DNA of 64,000 nucleotides from Longimicrobiales bacterium. Lineage in GTDB: Bacteria > Gemmatimonadota > Gemmatimonadetes > Longimicrobiales > Gaopeijiaceae. Position numbers and translations under genes: made by a program. Within the stretch, counting starts at the first letter, position 1; each line of letters opens with the position of its first letter. A model generated the notes under the pieces. It saw nothing but the letters and a program-made list of their open reading frames with translations, ran no database searches and was not told the origin of the DNA. This document shows, one piece after another, positions 61,380-64,000 of the stretch. The DNA lies in NCBI GenBank assembly GCA_965218295.1, contig CBDCKN010000008.1:12330-76329 (forward strand). Reading direction: 5' to 3'.

Positions 61380-61756
61380 TCAGAGAGAATCACGTAGGGG
61401 TCGAGCGGTAGACCCTTCGGCAGACGCCGACCCGGCTCGCGGGTGAACGATCCCCGGAAGGACCGGGTCGAATTGGACCGTCGGAAGAACCTCATTGGGC
61501 ACCGCCCGCTCCCGAAGCGCCAGGTAGGCCTGCCGATTCCGGCTCAGCCCCTCAAGCATCAGCTCCCGCTCCTCTTCCGTGAAGCTCAGCCCGGCCACTG
61601 CCTCGGCGTCCACGAGCATCTCGGATGTGATCTCACCGCGCTCCTGCATCCGAGCCCATGGAGCACTCGGCAAGAGCGTGCCACCGATCCAAAGGCCGAC
61701 ATGTGAGCCATGAATCCGCGGCGATCCAGGACGTCGGGAAGAGCGGGATTGGACAT
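61380..61756 (-). pseudogene. Frameshifted, truncated N-terminal fragment of a Tat-exported protein, probably an amidase
   Basis: LDRRGFM twin-arginine motif; frameshift near 61689 into IGGTLLP...AEAVAGLSFTEEERELM...; ends after ~125 codons. Confidence 0.6.
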
Positions 61757-61885
61757 TGATCCCTCGCAGGGCTTGAGGAAAGAAGAGCGGGCCGATATGG
61801 TGCGCCCGCCCTGTACCACCCCGCAAGGTGGGGTAGTACATTAGTGCGCTAAACTCCGAACATGAATCAATTGCGGGAGCGCTCC

Positions 61886-63019
61886 ATGAAGGTTGCCGTT
61901 CTCGGCGAAACTAGACCCGGAGAGAACCGGGTAGCGCTGATCCCTTCGACCGTTCGTGAGCTCGCCAATATAGGGTGCGACGTCACGGTCGCCTCGGGAG
62001 CCGGGCTGGGGTCCCACTTCACGGATGAGGAATACAGGGAGGCGGGAGCCAGCGTCGCAGCGGACGCGGCCGCAGCACTCCAGGGGACTAAAGTCGTCTT
62101 GAAAGTCCAGGCGCCGACCGATGAGGAGATCGCCGGACTCCCCAACGGGGTGGTCCTGATCTCGCTCCTGTCTCCTCTCACGGAGCCGGAGCTCATCGGG
62201 CGCTTGGGGAAGGCAGGAGTGACGGCCTTCGCCCTCGAGCTCATTCCGCGAATCACGCGCGCCCAGAGCATGGACGTCCTCTCCTCGCAGGCGACGGTGG
62301 CGGGATATAAGGCCGTCCTCATGGGAGCGGACGCGTTGAGCAAGTTACTGCCCATGTTCATGACGGCCGCCGGTACCATCCGGCCCGGCAAGGCCCTGAT
62401 TTTGGGGGCGGGAGTGGCCGGTCTGCAGGCCATCGCCACAGCACGGCGGCTGGGGGCCAAGGTGGAGGCCTTCGACGTGCGGCCCGAGGTGAAAGAGCAG
62501 ATAGAGAGCCTCGGTGCGTCGTTCCTCGAGACGGAGCAGGAGGTCACGGCCGAAGGTGAGGGCGGATACGCTAAGGAGCTCAGCGACGAGCAGCACGGGC
62601 GGGAGTTGGAGCTTATCGCGGCTCACATCTCGGATGCAGACCTGGTCGTGACGACCGCTCAGATTCCGGGCCGTCCGGCGCCCGAGCTTATCACCGAAGA
62701 AATGGTCGACTCCATGCGGCCGGGATCGGTGATCGTCGACCTCGCCGCCGCGTCGGGTGGGAACTGTGCCGTGACCCGGGAGGGCGAGACCGTCGTCCGG
62801 AACGGCGTCAAGGTCATGGGACCTGGCAATCTTCCCGCTGGCATCCCTGTGCACGCCAGCCAGATGTTCGCCAAGAACGTCGCGACGCTCCTCAAGGAGC
62901 TGGTGACCGACGGTGAGCTCTCCCTGGACTTCGAGGACGAAGTCGTCGCCACCACGTGCGTGAGCCACGGTGGTGAGGTTCGACACGGACCCACGAGGGA
63001 GCGGCTCGGGCTCGCATGA
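61886..63019 (+). CDS. pntAA: NAD(P) transhydrogenase alpha subunit part 1 (dI)
   Basis: GENRVAL.P, PRITRAQSMDVLSSQ, GAGVAGLQAI, GEGGYA, VDLAA..GGNC. Confidence 0.95.
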   Translation: MKVAVLGETRPGENRVALIPSTVRELANIGCDVTVASGAGLGSHFTDEEYREAGASVAADAAAALQGTKVVLKVQAPTDEEIAGLPNGVVLISLLSPLTEPELIGRLGKAGVTAFALELIPRITRAQSMDVLSSQATVAGYKAVLMGADALSKLLPMFMTAAGTIRPGKALILGAGVAGLQAIATARRLGAKVEAFDVRPEVKEQIESLGASFLETEQEVTAEGEGGYAKELSDEQHGRELELIAAHISDADLVVTTAQIPGRPAPELITEEMVDSMRPGSVIVDLAAASGGNCAVTREGETVVRNGVKVMGPGNLPAGIPVHASQMFAKNVATLLKELVTDGELSLDFEDEVVATTCVSHGGEVRHGPTRERLGLA

Positions 63020-63105
63020 CCACGAGCCGGCATACATCGACTTTGTCAGGCCGAACCCCACTCGGCCCACGCCCCATACAGTATCACGAATAGAAGGAGG
63101 ACTCG

Positions 63106-63384
63106 ATGGGCGAGATGGTCGTAGGACTCTACGTCTTCGTCCTGGCTACCCTGGCCGGTCGGGAGGTGATCACGAAGGTGCCCCCGACCCTTCATACGCC
63201 ACTCATGTCGGGGGCGAACGCCATCTCGGGCATCGCCATAGTCGGAGCCCTGGTGGTTTCCGCCCAGGTCGATTCGGGGTTGTCGGAGATCCTGGGGATC
63301 ACGGCCATCGTCATGGCCATGGTGAACGTGGTCGGTGGCTTCATGGTCACCGATCGCATGCTCCAGATGTTCAAGAAGAAATAG
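63106..63384 (+). CDS. pntAB: NAD(P) transhydrogenase alpha subunit part 2
   Basis: VPPTLHTPLMSGANAISG, NVVGGF.VTDRML.MF. Confidence 0.95.
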   Translation: MGEMVVGLYVFVLATLAGREVITKVPPTLHTPLMSGANAISGIAIVGALVVSAQVDSGLSEILGITAIVMAMVNVVGGFMVTDRMLQMFKKK

Positions 63385-63408
63385 CCGCCCACTCAAAGGA
63401 GCAAACCA

Positions 63409-64000
63409 ATGGATCTCTCGCTTTGGGTGGAGCTCTCGTACCTCTTCTCTTCCGTCCTGTTCGTGGTGGGGCTCAAGCGACTGCAGTCTCCCGCCACCGC
63501 TCGTGCCGGCAACCGGTTGGCCGCACTGGCCATGCTCATCGCCATCGTGGCCACGCTCGTGGAGAACCAGGCCGTGAGCTGGACCGGAATCGTGGGCGGC
63601 ATGATTCTGGGCGGCCTGATCGGCGGCGTGCTGGCGCGCACCGTGAAGATGACCGACATGCCGCAGCTGGTGGGGCCTTCAACGGGTTCGGTGGAGGAGC
63701 CTCGGCCCTGGTGGCCGCGGCCGAGCTGGTTCGAGTTCAGACCACCGGGGCCATTCTCGTCCTTGGCGACGGGCTAACCATCGCACTCTCATGCCTGATC
63801 GGAATGGTGACGTTCTCAGGGAGCTTCGTCGCGTTCGGGAAGCTCCAGGGTCTCGTCACCGGAAATCCGATCACCTTCCCTCTCCAGAAGACGTTCAACG
63901 CCTTCCTTTTCCTGGCCCTCCTGGTCCTGGGCGCCTCGGTGATGGGTGTGTTCCAGGTCGGAGGACTGTCCAGCCTGGTCACGTTCTCGATTTTCTCGGT
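63409..64000 (+). pseudogene. pntB: NAD(P) transhydrogenase beta subunit, -1 frameshift in G-run 63672-63675 (runs off window)
   Basis: GLKRLQSPATARAGN, VKMTDMPQLV then FNGFGGGASALV...IGMVTFSGSFVAFGKLQG in a shifted frame. Confidence 0.85.

Noticed and set aside
63660..63690. Programmed frameshifting in pntB or the Zn-PLC gene
   Set aside because: No canonical slippery heptamer or stimulatory structure seen; single-base loss by mutation or sequencing error is more likely

Overview
High-GC bacterial chromosome segment; gene content and order suggest Gemmatimonadota (inference, not a database result). It is mostly minus-strand housekeeping clusters: accD-folC-hisS-proS; mreBCD-mrdA-rodA; rimP-nusA-L7Ae-infB-DUF503-rbfA-truB-ribF-rpsO-pnp-M16-ald-dut; murA; uvrD-gatCAB; serS; rplM-rpsI-rpsB-tsf-pyrH-frr-uppS-cdsA-dxr-rseP; a sigma-70 gene and lepB. 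It also carries a cobalamin-riboswitch-controlled TonB receptor/lipoprotein pair, comM and the start of a pnt operon. The most striking non-coding signal is a 166-bp TA-flanked MITE-like element. There are two full copies, one 67-bp internally deleted copy and solo ends. The element can fold into one long rod capped by a GNRA loop. All three copies sit exactly in the stop codon of a core gene (folC, infB, rpsO) and supply its TAG. Six accessory genes carry lesions (nonsense, -1 frameshifts, truncations, a 23-bp insertion with a 5-bp duplication), while the core genes look intact. mreB and comM may use non-canonical ATA/ATT starts. No tRNA, rRNA, CRISPR array or transposase gene was recognised.
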